This document shows, one piece after another, positions 37,391 to 46,099 of a DNA stretch of 46,176 nt. The DNA is taken from positions 1 through 46,176 of the forward strand of contig JBOGKK010000014.1 of the NCBI GenBank assembly GCA_050745425.1, in the 5' to 3' direction. Below the pieces are notes generated by a model that saw only the letters and a list, made by a program, of their open reading frames with translations, searched no databases and was not told the origin of the DNA. The position numbers and the translations under genes were made by a program. The DNA is from Terriglobales bacterium (GTDB lineage Bacteria; Acidobacteriota; Terriglobia; Terriglobales; SCQP01). Position 1 is the first letter of the stretch. Each line of letters starts with the position of its first letter.

Positions 37391-38330
37391 TCTGGTGCTG
37401 GCTCGTTTGCAAACCAAACCTACGCCGGTGCTCGCTCAGCTTCCCCTGGACGGGGGTTCGCTGCTTGCCGCCTTTGCACCCCAGCCTCGCGGAAGCATGC
37501 TCTGGCTCGCGAAAACGGCATACGGCGCGTCGGCTTGCCTTCGGCTGCAGGCCGAGGCCAACGCCCTCACCCTTCTCGCCCCCGTGGCCGCCACCTTGCA
37601 GTTGCCGCAACTGCTTGCCTTCTCAGCCGCCGGCGAGGGCCAATCCGCCTCTGCCTGCTTGCTCCAGACCGCCCTCCCCGGACGGCCGCTGCGCTGTCGC
37701 TGGTTGCAACTGTTCCAGGACTGCACCGCCAATCTGCCCCTGCCTCGACCCAGTCTGGCGGACTTAGGCGCCGCCGTCGCTCGCGATACCCGCCTGGCGT
37801 TACAGAGGCAACCGCAGTTGCAACCGCTATTGGCTTGGGTGCTCGACTGTTTCGCTGCACCCGGTCCGGCCTGTCCCGCCGTAGCCATCCATGGCGATTT
37901 TTGGTTTGGCAATGTGATGTGGAACTCTCGTCCCCCCTCGCTGGGCGTGATCGACTGGAGCAGTTTCGGCGTCGGCTCTGCCCTTGACGATTTGCTGACC
38001 TGGATGACGCACCTGCCCGCGGGCCGCTCCGGTCGTTACCGCGCCCACGTCGAGGTCTGGCCGGCCGTGTTGCTGGCATCGGGCTCGCCGCGCCAAATGC
38101 TGTGCGACTGGGCGCGCCGCGCTAGCTACGATGCCGCCACCGCGCGCTATGCTTTCTATCTCTTTCTGGCCCGCCGCCTGCTCTGGGAACTGGGCTTCGG
38201 CCTGCAGCAGCGCGACGCTGACGAGTGCGCCCGCGCACAACGGGACTGGTCGGCGGTTCTGGCCTGGCTCACCGCCCACGGCTTCCCCGATCCTGTCAGC
38301 TCTCAGCCGCAGGCGCTGCGAGCGGCTTGA
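37383..38330 (+). CDS. aminoglycoside-phosphotransferase (APH)/choline-kinase-family kinase
   Basis: ATG at 37383 overlaps the upstream stop by 8 nt. Brenner motif IHGDFWFGNV and the downstream VIDWSSFG (D-x-D-like Mg site). 315 aa. Confidence 0.7.
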   Translation: MHDLVLARLQTKPTPVLAQLPLDGGSLLAAFAPQPRGSMLWLAKTAYGASACLRLQAEANALTLLAPVAATLQLPQLLAFSAAGEGQSASACLLQTALPGRPLRCRWLQLFQDCTANLPLPRPSLADLGAAVARDTRLALQRQPQLQPLLAWVLDCFAAPGPACPAVAIHGDFWFGNVMWNSRPPSLGVIDWSSFGVGSALDDLLTWMTHLPAGRSGRYRAHVEVWPAVLLASGSPRQMLCDWARRASYDAATARYAFYLFLARRLLWELGFGLQQRDADECARAQRDWSAVLAWLTAHGFPDPVSSQPQALRAA

Positions 38331-38468
38331 CAGAGTGGCTCAGTCGTGCCATGTTGAAACGGTTCGATTGCGGCCGCTCCGCGGCAGCGGTGTGGGCGGT
38401 ATGCGAGGGCAAGATTGCAGCGCAAAAACGACGCGGCAAAGGAATCGGCCAAGGGAGATAAGCCGGAC

Positions 38469-38924
38469 GTGGTGACTGTGGGCCAACACCAGGCAATTAC
38501 GCTTGAAAGCCGGATCGAAAGCGTCGATCAGGCCGAAGCCGCCGCTGAACGCGTCGCCGCCAATGCCGGCTTCGACGAGAGCGACCGCCATCGTATTGCC
38601 ATGGCGGTACGTGAAATTACCGTCAACGCCGTGATGCACGGCAACGGCTACGACCGCGCCAAGAAGGTCACCATCGACTTCGATCTGTCGCCGGGCGAAC
38701 TCGTCGTCAGCGTCCACGATCAGGGCAGCGGTTTCGACCTCGGGCGCATTTCCGATCCGCTTGCGCCGGACAACCTCCTGCGCCAATCCGGTCGCGGCAT
38801 TTTCCTGGCGCGCGCCTTTATGGATCAGGTGGACGTCGAGCCCAGCAGCAAGGGCACCGCGGTGCGGCTCGTCAAACACCGCCACGCACCCCCCCAGCAC
38901 GCCCCTCATCCAGGTCGTTCATAA
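38469..38924 (+). CDS. anti-sigma-factor-type serine kinase (RsbW/SpoIIAB-like HATPase)
   Basis: GTG start 10 nt after GGGAGA. The N-box is REITVNAVMHGN. G-boxes are HDQGSGFD and SGRGIFLARAFMD. About 151 aa. The start is uncertain, since TTG 38415 is also open. Confidence 0.75.
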   Translation: MVTVGQHQAITLESRIESVDQAEAAAERVAANAGFDESDRHRIAMAVREITVNAVMHGNGYDRAKKVTIDFDLSPGELVVSVHDQGSGFDLGRISDPLAPDNLLRQSGRGIFLARAFMDQVDVEPSSKGTAVRLVKHRHAPPQHAPHPGRS

Positions 38925-38970
38925 TCGTAAAGGAGGGTACGCGGCTCTCAGCAGCCTGCGAAGATTGCGC

Positions 38971-39348
38971 ATGATTAAAGTGACCTGTCGCCGCATTGAC
39001 TCTGTAACTGTGGTCGACCTCGGCGGCCGCATCACGCTCGGCGAAGGGGCTACCGTGCTGCGCGAGACCATCCGCGACCTGCTCGCCAAGGGCGAAAATC
39101 AGATCCTGCTGAATCTCGGCGATGTCAGCTACATCGACAGCTCAGGTCTTGGCGAGCTCGTTGGTGGTTTCAGCCTGGTGCGCAAGAGCGGCGGCGATCT
39201 AAAGCTGTTGAAGCTGACTCGCAAAGTCCACGATCTTTTGCAGATTACCAAGCTCTACACTGTCTTTGACGTGCAGGATGACGAAGCCCGCGCCATCGCC
39301 ACCTTTGCCGCTCCCGATGCCCCCGCCGAGGCCTCGCGTGCGCATTAG
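38971..39348 (+). CDS. STAS-domain anti-sigma-factor antagonist (RsbV/SpoIIAA-like)
   Basis: The start MIKVTCRRIDSVTVVDLGGRITLGEG is typical. The phosphorylatable Ser context is SYIDSSGLGELV. 125 aa. Confidence 0.8.
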   Translation: MIKVTCRRIDSVTVVDLGGRITLGEGATVLRETIRDLLAKGENQILLNLGDVSYIDSSGLGELVGGFSLVRKSGGDLKLLKLTRKVHDLLQITKLYTVFDVQDDEARAIATFAAPDAPAEASRAH

Positions 39349-39874
39349 CCCTCTGCCGACCGAAGCCACTGCTCCGGAAGTACGCCCACTGCTGGAAGAT
39401 ATCTACACCCAGCGCGGCAATGTCCCCAACATGTTTCGTACCGTGGCGCACCGTCCCGAACTGTTGCGTACGATGCTGGCGCATTTTCGCGTGGTGATGG
39501 GCGAAGGCACGGTGCCGGTCAAGCTCAAGGAACTGCTCGCCGTGCGTGTTTCTCAGATCAATGCCTGCCACTATTGACTGGCCTCGCACTCCGCCTTGGC
39601 AAGGCGGCATGGTTGGAACCAGGAAACGCTCGATCGCCTCGATCAATTCGAGCAGTTGCCATTGCTTGACGAGCCCGCCAAAACCGCCTTGCGCTTCGCC
39701 GAGCGCATGACGCGCGACTCCAATGCGGTCGACGACGGCCTCTATGCCTTGCTCCGCCAGCACTTTGATGAAGCTGCCATTGTCGAGATCGCCGCCGTCG
39801 TCGGCCTTTTCAACTACTTCAATCGCTTCAACAACGTCCTTCAAATGGAACCGACCAGACCCGGCGAGAGGTAA
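39338..39874 (+). CDS. AhpD/carboxymuconolactone-decarboxylase-family protein, predicted selenoprotein (in-frame UGA = Sec at 39575-39577)
   Basis: ORFs 39266-39577 and 39596-39874 share one frame and are separated only by TGA plus 6 codons. The joined translation is one full-length CMD-family protein. The TGA replaces the second Cys of the family motif C-x-x-C-x-x-x-H, reading SQINACHY[U]LASH. A GTG start at 39338 overlaps the STAS gene stop by 11 nt. Confidence 0.8.
39587..39611 (+). promoter_or_regulatory. SECIS-like stem-loop downstream of the in-frame UGA
   Basis: CCGCCTT(39591-97)/AAGGCGG(39601-07) forms a 7-bp stem with a G-containing apical loop GGC. The stem begins 13 nt after the UGA. 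The lower pairs CA/TG lie beyond a 2x2 internal loop. The geometry fits the general bacterial SECIS description. Confidence 0.5.
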
Positions 39875-39883
39875 ACTTTTGGT

Positions 39884-40363
39884 ATGGAGAAAGCTCACTT
39901 TGCCTTGGGCTGCTTTTGGGGTTCCGAAACTGCCTTCCGCCACCTGCCGGGCGTGACCGCAACCACGGTCGGCTATGCGGGAGGGTCCACGGACAACCCG
40001 ACCTATAAGCAGGTCTGCGGCGACCGCACCGGCCATGCCGAAACCGTCGAGGTCGAGTTCGACCCGCACATCGTCAGCTACGAACAGCTCCTGAACGTGT
40101 TCTGGGAAAGCCACGACCCCACCACCCTCAATCGCCAGGGCCCCGATTACGGCAGCCAGTACCGCTCGGCGGTTTTCTATCTGACGCCCGAACAGGAAGC
40201 CGCCGCCCGTGCCTCCAAACAGACGCTGGAGGCCAGCGGTAAACTTAACCGTCCCGTCGTCACCGAAATCACTGCCGCCGGCCCGTTTTACCGCGCCGAA
40301 GAATACCACCAGCAGTACCTCGAGAAAAACGGCATGGCCGCCTGTCATGTGCCATCCAAATGA
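39884..40363 (+). CDS. msrA: peptide-methionine (S)-S-oxide reductase
   Basis: [10 protein letters not shown] catalytic motif, GHAETVEV, and the YHQQYL C-terminal region. 159 aa. Confidence 0.95.
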   Translation: MEKAHFALGCFWGSETAFRHLPGVTATTVGYAGGSTDNPTYKQVCGDRTGHAETVEVEFDPHIVSYEQLLNVFWESHDPTTLNRQGPDYGSQYRSAVFYLTPEQEAAARASKQTLEASGKLNRPVVTEITAAGPFYRAEEYHQQYLEKNGMAACHVPSK

Positions 40364-41130
40364 GCCGCCGCTTCGCGCTGGTGACCGGCGCCAGCCGCGG
40401 CATTGGCGCCGCTCTCGCGGCCGCTCTTGCGCGTGAAGGCTACGACTTGATTCTGACCGCGCGCTCGGCGCCGGATCTGGAAACCCAGCGCAGCTACGTG
40501 CATAGTCTGGGCCGCGAAGCCCACCTCATCGTTGCCGATCTGGCTCAGGGCGGCGCCGCGAAGATCCTTGATGCGGTTGCCTCCGCGCAATGGCCGATCA
40601 CCCTGCTGGTCAATAACGCCGGGGTTGGCAGCTTTGGCGAGTTTGCCTCCCTGCCGGGCGGGCACGAATGCGCCCAGGTGCGCCTGAACCTGGAAGCCAC
40701 AGTTGCCCTTACGCATGGCCTGCTTCCCGTCCTCAAGCAGCACGGCGGCGCCATTATCAATGTCGCCTCCACCGCGGCGCTGCAGCCGGTGCCCTACATG
40801 GCGACTTATTCCGCCACCAAGGTTTTTTTGCTGCACTTCAGCCTCGCTCTGCGCGAAGAGCTGCGTTCCTCCGGCGTTCACGTCATGGCGCTCTGCCCGG
40901 GGCCCACCGCCACCAATTTCTTCACCGCTTCGGATACGCCTGTGCCTCCCGGCCTGCAATCTGCCGGCGAGGTTGCCGCCTTGGCCCTGCGCGGCTTGCG
41001 CCGGCAAAAATCCGTGGTCATTTGCTCGCCCCGCGGTGCCGCCCTCGACGCCGTCGAGCGCATGCTGCCGCGCACGCTGGTCACGCGCATTGCTGGTACA
41101 GTGGTGCGGAAGTGGACTCATACGACATAG
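40360..41130 (+). CDS. short-chain dehydrogenase/reductase (SDR) family oxidoreductase
   Basis: ATGA overlap with msrA. TGASRGIG cofactor motif, NNAG, and the catalytic Y-x-x-x-K in YSATKVF. 256 aa. Confidence 0.85.
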   Translation: MSRRFALVTGASRGIGAALAAALAREGYDLILTARSAPDLETQRSYVHSLGREAHLIVADLAQGGAAKILDAVASAQWPITLLVNNAGVGSFGEFASLPGGHECAQVRLNLEATVALTHGLLPVLKQHGGAIINVASTAALQPVPYMATYSATKVFLLHFSLALREELRSSGVHVMALCPGPTATNFFTASDTPVPPGLQSAGEVAALALRGLRRQKSVVICSPRGAALDAVERMLPRTLVTRIAGTVVRKWTHTT

Positions 41131-42323
41131 CGATCGTGGGCGCCGGGATTGTGGGGTTGGCGCTGGCTCGCGCGCTGCTCCTCCGCCAGCCCGGCACTCG
41201 CGTCGTGGTGCTTGAGAAAGAAGCCACCGTCGCCGCCCATCAAACCGGCCATAACAGCGGCGTCATTCACTCCGGCGTCTATTACCGCCCGGGCTCCCTC
41301 AAAGCCCGCTTGTGTGTCACCGGATCGCGCGCCCTGGCCGCCTATTGCCGCGAACACGGACTGGCCATGCAAACCCCCGGCAAGGTGATCGTCGCCGTCA
41401 ATGACGCCGACCTGCCGCGTCTGCGCGAAGTCGAGCGCCGTGGCCGTGAAAACGGCGTCGAGGGCCTGCGCTGGCTCTCCGCGTCCGCATTGGCCGCCCT
41501 CGAGCCTCACATCCGCGGCGTAGCGGCCTTGCATGTTCCCGTCACCGCAATCGTCGACTACGCTGAGGTGGCCCGTAGTTACCAGACCGATATTGCCGCG
41601 CAGGGCGGGGAAGTGCGCCTCGGCTGCGCCGTCACCGGCTTTGCCCGCGATGGTGCTGCCATCATCGTCGAAGGCGACAGCCGGGCCGCGCTGCGCGCCC
41701 GTCAGGTCATCAATTGCGCCGGCCTGTTTGCCGATCGCATTGCCATGCTGGCCGGCAGCGAAGCGGCGCGCCACGAGTTCCGCATCCTCCCCTTCCGGGG
41801 CGAATACTACTCGCTGCGCCCGCCCGCTGCCGCCCTTCTGCGCGGCCTCGTTTATCCTGTTCCCGATCCCCGCTTTCCGTTCCTGGGCGTCCACTTCACG
41901 CCGCGCGTTCATGGCGGGGTTGAGGCCGGTCCCAGCGCTGTCCTTGCCTGGAAGCGCGAAGGCTACCGCCGCCGCGATGTGAGCCTCACCGACGTGGCAG
42001 CCATGGCCGCCTATCGCGGTTCCTGGGCCATGGCCGCACGCTATTGGCGCAAAGGCCTGGGCGAACAGGTTCGCTCCCTGAACCGCCGCGCCTACATTCG
42101 TGCTTTGCGCGGCTTGCTGCCCGCGCTGCGCGATGCCGACGTCGCCCCCGGTGGTGCTGGCGTGCGCGCGCAGGTGGTCCTGCGTAGCGGCAAACTTTTG
42201 GATGATTTTCACGTACTGCGCGAAGGCCGCTTCACCCACGTCATCAATGTCCCCTCCCCGGCGGCGACTGCATCGCTGGCCATCGCCGACCATCTCGCCA
42301 ATCTGTGCACAGATGGTGGATAA
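41112..42323 (+). CDS. lhgO: L-2-hydroxyglutarate oxidase/dehydrogenase (FAD-dependent)
   Basis: A GTG start gives [40 protein letters not shown] closely parallels E. coli LhgO. The gene overlaps the SDR gene by 19 nt. Confidence 0.8.
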   Translation: MDSYDIAIVGAGIVGLALARALLLRQPGTRVVVLEKEATVAAHQTGHNSGVIHSGVYYRPGSLKARLCVTGSRALAAYCREHGLAMQTPGKVIVAVNDADLPRLREVERRGRENGVEGLRWLSASALAALEPHIRGVAALHVPVTAIVDYAEVARSYQTDIAAQGGEVRLGCAVTGFARDGAAIIVEGDSRAALRARQVINCAGLFADRIAMLAGSEAARHEFRILPFRGEYYSLRPPAAALLRGLVYPVPDPRFPFLGVHFTPRVHGGVEAGPSAVLAWKREGYRRRDVSLTDVAAMAAYRGSWAMAARYWRKGLGEQVRSLNRRAYIRALRGLLPALRDADVAPGGAGVRAQVVLRSGKLLDDFHVLREGRFTHVINVPSPAATASLAIADHLANLCTDGG

Positions 42324-42330
42324 TTTGGAC

Positions 42331-45021
42331 ATGGTGAATTCCCGGCTGGCTCTGGTTACGGCGTTGGCTCTGGCGCTGGCGTTTGCAGTGAGCGGCGCCG
42401 TGGCGCAAACGAATGCTCCCCACCATGCGGATGCAGGCGTCTTGCGCGGCAGGCTCTCCAACGGCCTGCGCGTCATCATCGTGCGCAACACGCTGGCTCC
42501 GGTGGTGACCACCATGCTCAACTACCAGGCCGGCTCCAATGAAACCCCGGCCGGGTTCCCCGGTCTTGCCCACGCGCAGGAACACATGATGTTTCGCGGC
42601 AGTCCCGGCATCTCCGCCAATCAGTTGAATGAGATTGCCGCGGCCATGGGCGGCGGCTTCAATGCCGATACCCAGCAGACGGTCACGCAGTATTTCTTCT
42701 CCGTACCCGCTGAGGATCTCAATCTCGCGCTGCACATCGCCTCCATCCGCATGCGCGGCGTCAATGACTCCGCCGCGGATTGGAAGCAGGAGCGCGGTGC
42801 CATCGAGCAGGAAGTCGCCTCCGATCACTCCAACCCCAGCTATAAGTTCTACCTGGAGCTGCTGCAGGCCATGTACAAGGGCACGCCACTCGCTTACTCC
42901 GGCCTCGGCACCCGCCCCAGCTTTGACAAGGCCACGGCGGACATGATTCACCGCTATTACCAGACCTGGTACGCGCCCAACAATGCCGTGCTGGTCGTCG
43001 TTGGCGATCTGAACCCGCACTCGGCGATGGCTGAGGTGAAATCGCTGTTTGCCGATATCCCGGCCAAAAAGCTGCCGCCGCGCGCGGTCATCAAGTTACA
43101 GCCAGTCGCGCCCGCCACCCTGCATCTGACCAGCGATTATCCCTACGGCGCAGCCTACGTCGCCTTCCGCATGCCCGGCACCTCCAGCCCCGATTACGCT
43201 GCCGCCCAGGTGCTGGCGGATGTCCTCGCCAGCCAGCGCGGCGCCTTGTACGGACTCGTTCCCCAAGGCAAAGCCCTGTTCGCCACCTTCCAGTTCATGC
43301 CTCAGGCTCAGGCCAGCATCGGCATGGCGTTTGCCGCTTTTCCTGGCGCCCACGGCGGTGAGGCGCTGATCAGCGAAATCCGGTCGATTCTCGCCGCCGA
43401 TGTCAGCCATGGCGTCTCCGCCAGCCTGGTCGAAGCCGCCAAACGCGATGAACTGCTGGCGGCGGAGCTCAGCAAGAACTCCATCTCCGGGCTCGCCAGC
43501 GCCTGGTCGCAGGCGATTGCCGTCGAGGGCCGCCACTCACCGCAGGATGACATTGACGCCATTCAGAAAGTAACCGTCGCCCAGGTCAACGCCGTCGCCA
43601 AAAAATACCTGCTTCCGCATCACTCCATCGCGGCGCTGCTCCTCCCGCAGCCCTCGGGCAAGCCCGCCTCCCATTCCACCTTTGGCGGCGCGGAATCGTT
43701 TACCCCCAAGACCGTCAAAACCGTCAAACTCCCCGCCTGGGCCTCGGCCTCATTGTTCAAGCTCAGCGTGCCCGAACTCACCACCCATCCTGTCGAAACC
43801 AGGTTGCCCAACGGCCTGAAGCTAATCGTCCAGCGCGAAACCATCAATCACACCATCAGCATTTATGGCGAGATTCGCAACGACGCCGACTTGGAATCGC
43901 CGCCGCATCAGGAGGGAGTCGGCGACGTCGTCGACAACCTGTTCAGTTACGGCAGCACCACCCTCAACCGCCTCGACTTCCAGAAAGCCCTCGATGCCAT
44001 CGGCGCCAACGAAAGTGGCGGCACATCATTCTCGCTGCAGGTTCTGGCGCCCAATTTCGATCGCGGCATGCAATTGCTTGCCGATAATGAACTCCATCCT
44101 GCCATGCCCGCGCGTGCCTTCATGGTGACCCAGCATCAGATGGCTGGCCTGGCCGCCGGACAACTGCACAGCCCCGGCTATCTCGCCGGCCGTGCCCTGC
44201 AAAAGGCTTTGGCGCCGCCCACTGATCCCACCCTGCGCCAACCCTTGCCTGCCAACATCATGAAGCTCAGCCTGGCCCAGGCTCAGGCTTATTACCAGCG
44301 TGTTTACCGGCCCGATCTCACTACCATCGTGGTGATCGGCGATGTAACTCCTGCTCAGGCGCAAGTCGAGGTCAAAAAATACTTCGGTCCGTGGGCCAAT
44401 CACGGCCCCACACCCAACGTGGTTCTGCCCAAGGTCCCGCCCAACCATCCCGCTACCAGCATCGTCCCCGATCCCAGCCGCGTGCAAGACAGCGTGACCC
44501 TTGCCGAGACCGTCGCCATGAACCGATTCAGTAAGGATTACTACGCCGTCCAGTTAGGCAACTACGTGCTGGGCGGAGGTGCTTTCGCCAGCCGCCTCTA
44601 TCGCGACCTGCGCGAAAACTCCGGCATTGTCTACTTCGTCGGCTCCTCGTTCAGTGCCGGCCATACTCGCGCCAACTACAGCGTGGACTTCGGCTGCGAT
44701 CCCGATAAGGTGGCCCAGGCGCGCACCATCGTGGTGCGCGATCTCGAGCAGATGCAGAAGGAACCGGTTCCGGCGTTCCATCTCACCGAAGCCAAAGCCG
44801 TACTTCTGCGTCAAATCCCTCTGAGCGAGGCCAGCATTGACGGCATTGCCCTGGGATGGCTGTCTCGCTCCAATCTCGGCTTACCCCTCGACGAGCCCAC
44901 CCGCGCCGCCCGGGCCTATCTTAACCTGACTGCCCCGCAAGTTCGCGCCGCCTTCCAGCAGTGGATCAACCCCGCCCGCCTGGTCCAGATCGTCCAGGGC
45001 CCTGCGCCTACGCAGCACTGA
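42331..45021 (+). CDS. secreted M16 (pitrilysin/insulinase) family zinc peptidase, double-length
   Basis: ATG at 42331 gives the signal peptide MVNSRLALVTALALALAFAVSGAVAQ. Inverted zinc motif HAQEHMMFRG. There are four M16-like half-domains. 896 aa. Confidence 0.85.
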   Translation: MVNSRLALVTALALALAFAVSGAVAQTNAPHHADAGVLRGRLSNGLRVIIVRNTLAPVVTTMLNYQAGSNETPAGFPGLAHAQEHMMFRGSPGISANQLNEIAAAMGGGFNADTQQTVTQYFFSVPAEDLNLALHIASIRMRGVNDSAADWKQERGAIEQEVASDHSNPSYKFYLELLQAMYKGTPLAYSGLGTRPSFDKATADMIHRYYQTWYAPNNAVLVVVGDLNPHSAMAEVKSLFADIPAKKLPPRAVIKLQPVAPATLHLTSDYPYGAAYVAFRMPGTSSPDYAAAQVLADVLASQRGALYGLVPQGKALFATFQFMPQAQASIGMAFAAFPGAHGGEALISEIRSILAADVSHGVSASLVEAAKRDELLAAELSKNSISGLASAWSQAIAVEGRHSPQDDIDAIQKVTVAQVNAVAKKYLLPHHSIAALLLPQPSGKPASHSTFGGAESFTPKTVKTVKLPAWASASLFKLSVPELTTHPVETRLPNGLKLIVQRETINHTISIYGEIRNDADLESPPHQEGVGDVVDNLFSYGSTTLNRLDFQKALDAIGANESGGTSFSLQVLAPNFDRGMQLLADNELHPAMPARAFMVTQHQMAGLAAGQLHSPGYLAGRALQKALAPPTDPTLRQPLPANIMKLSLAQAQAYYQRVYRPDLTTIVVIGDVTPAQAQVEVKKYFGPWANHGPTPNVVLPKVPPNHPATSIVPDPSRVQDSVTLAETVAMNRFSKDYYAVQLGNYVLGGGAFASRLYRDLRENSGIVYFVGSSFSAGHTRANYSVDFGCDPDKVAQARTIVVRDLEQMQKEPVPAFHLTEAKAVLLRQIPLSEASIDGIALGWLSRSNLGLPLDEPTRAARAYLNLTAPQVRAAFQQWINPARLVQIVQGPAPTQH

Positions 45022-45160
45022 AGCGGAACCGCGCCCGCCGTAACCCGCGCGCGCCAGTCGCGTCGTTTGCACCGTGGGCAAAGTCGGCGCGAGAGGACCG
45101 GTCGGGCTGTGGTCCGGCTTTGAGCGCCTGAGGCGGACATCCGCGCTTCCGCTTTCTCAG

Positions 45161-46075
45161 TCAGTAACCCCGTTGCCCCGCAGGTATAGGGGAGGTAACC
45201 GCCGGACGCGCCCAGGCCTCCAGCGGGTAGGCGTGCACGCATTCCGGGCACTGCGCATTTTTCACCCGCACGTGGCAGTTGGGGCAAATTCCGCCGTGGG
45301 CGAAAATGTCGTAGCCGTTCCCACATCCGCTGCAACGCCAGAGCGGCGCCGCAACCGGTGCTGCCTTGCACCACGGGCAAGCCCAGCCTTCGTGGTGTGG
45401 AAGCTGCGACAGCTTCCACAGTACCTGCCCGCTGCGCAGCCCCTTCCAGCAGTAGATCAGGATGAACACCGTGATCGCCGCCAGCCACAAATCGCCCAGC
45501 TGCCACGACAGATACAGCAGCCCCACCACTCCGATCAACCCCAGCGCCGTCGTCGCCAGCAGGCTCTTTGCGCGCCCAAGCGGAAACCAGAGCAGCGAGC
45601 GCAATATCTGGCCGCCATCCAGCGGGTAAATCGGCAGGATATTGAAAATCAGCAGCGCCAGGTTCATCCAGAAAAGGTAGTTGACGAATACCGCCGCATC
45701 AAGGCTGGGCATGGGAACGTGCAGCAGCTCGTAAAAGAACGGCGCCAGCGCCACGTTCACCAGCGGACCGGCGCAAATCGCCCACAGCGTCGCTCCCGGC
45801 CGAACCGGAGGATCCACATACGCGATGCCGCCAAACGGCCACAGCAGGATGCGGTCCGCATGCCCGCCTACCTGCCGCGTCGCCAGCGCGTGCCCAAACT
45901 CGTGCAGGGTGATGATGGCGAACAGCGCCACAATCTCCAGCAGGTTCCACACCGGATTAGAATACGCGTGCGCCCTGTCCTGAAACTCCAGCAGCACCAC
46001 CAGAAACCAGCTCCAGTGCAGGTACAGATCAATGCGCAGAATGCGCGCGAGATGCCATGTTCCCTTCGGTCCCAT
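45161..46075 (-). CDS. M50 (site-2 protease) family membrane metallopeptidase with C-terminal zinc-ribbon domain
   Basis: HEFGH zinc motif inside a TM helix (ITLHEFGHALA). NILPIYPLDGG second motif. The C-terminus carries CPWC...CSGC...CPNC...CPEC. Confidence 0.8.
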   Translation of the reverse strand: MGPKGTWHLARILRIDLYLHWSWFLVVLLEFQDRAHAYSNPVWNLLEIVALFAIITLHEFGHALATRQVGGHADRILLWPFGGIAYVDPPVRPGATLWAICAGPLVNVALAPFFYELLHVPMPSLDAAVFVNYLFWMNLALLIFNILPIYPLDGGQILRSLLWFPLGRAKSLLATTALGLIGVVGLLYLSWQLGDLWLAAITVFILIYCWKGLRSGQVLWKLSQLPHHEGWACPWCKAAPVAAPLWRCSGCGNGYDIFAHGGICPNCHVRVKNAQCPECVHAYPLEAWARPAVTSPIPAGQRGY

Positions 46076-46099
46076 TCTCTTTATTGTCGCCTATCGCGC

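Noticed and set aside
39596-39874. Independent 92-aa TTG-start ORF
   Set aside because: It is the C-terminal half of a CMD/AhpD fold and has no ribosome-binding site. It is in frame with the upstream half across a single TGA, so it is better explained by Sec read-through.
40668-41111. 5' extensions of the lhgO ORF (40668-41111) and of the M16 ORF (42100-42330)
   Set aside because: The extensions overlap the preceding SDR and lhgO genes in other frames. The conserved N-termini (FAD dinucleotide fold; signal peptide) begin at 41112 and 42331.
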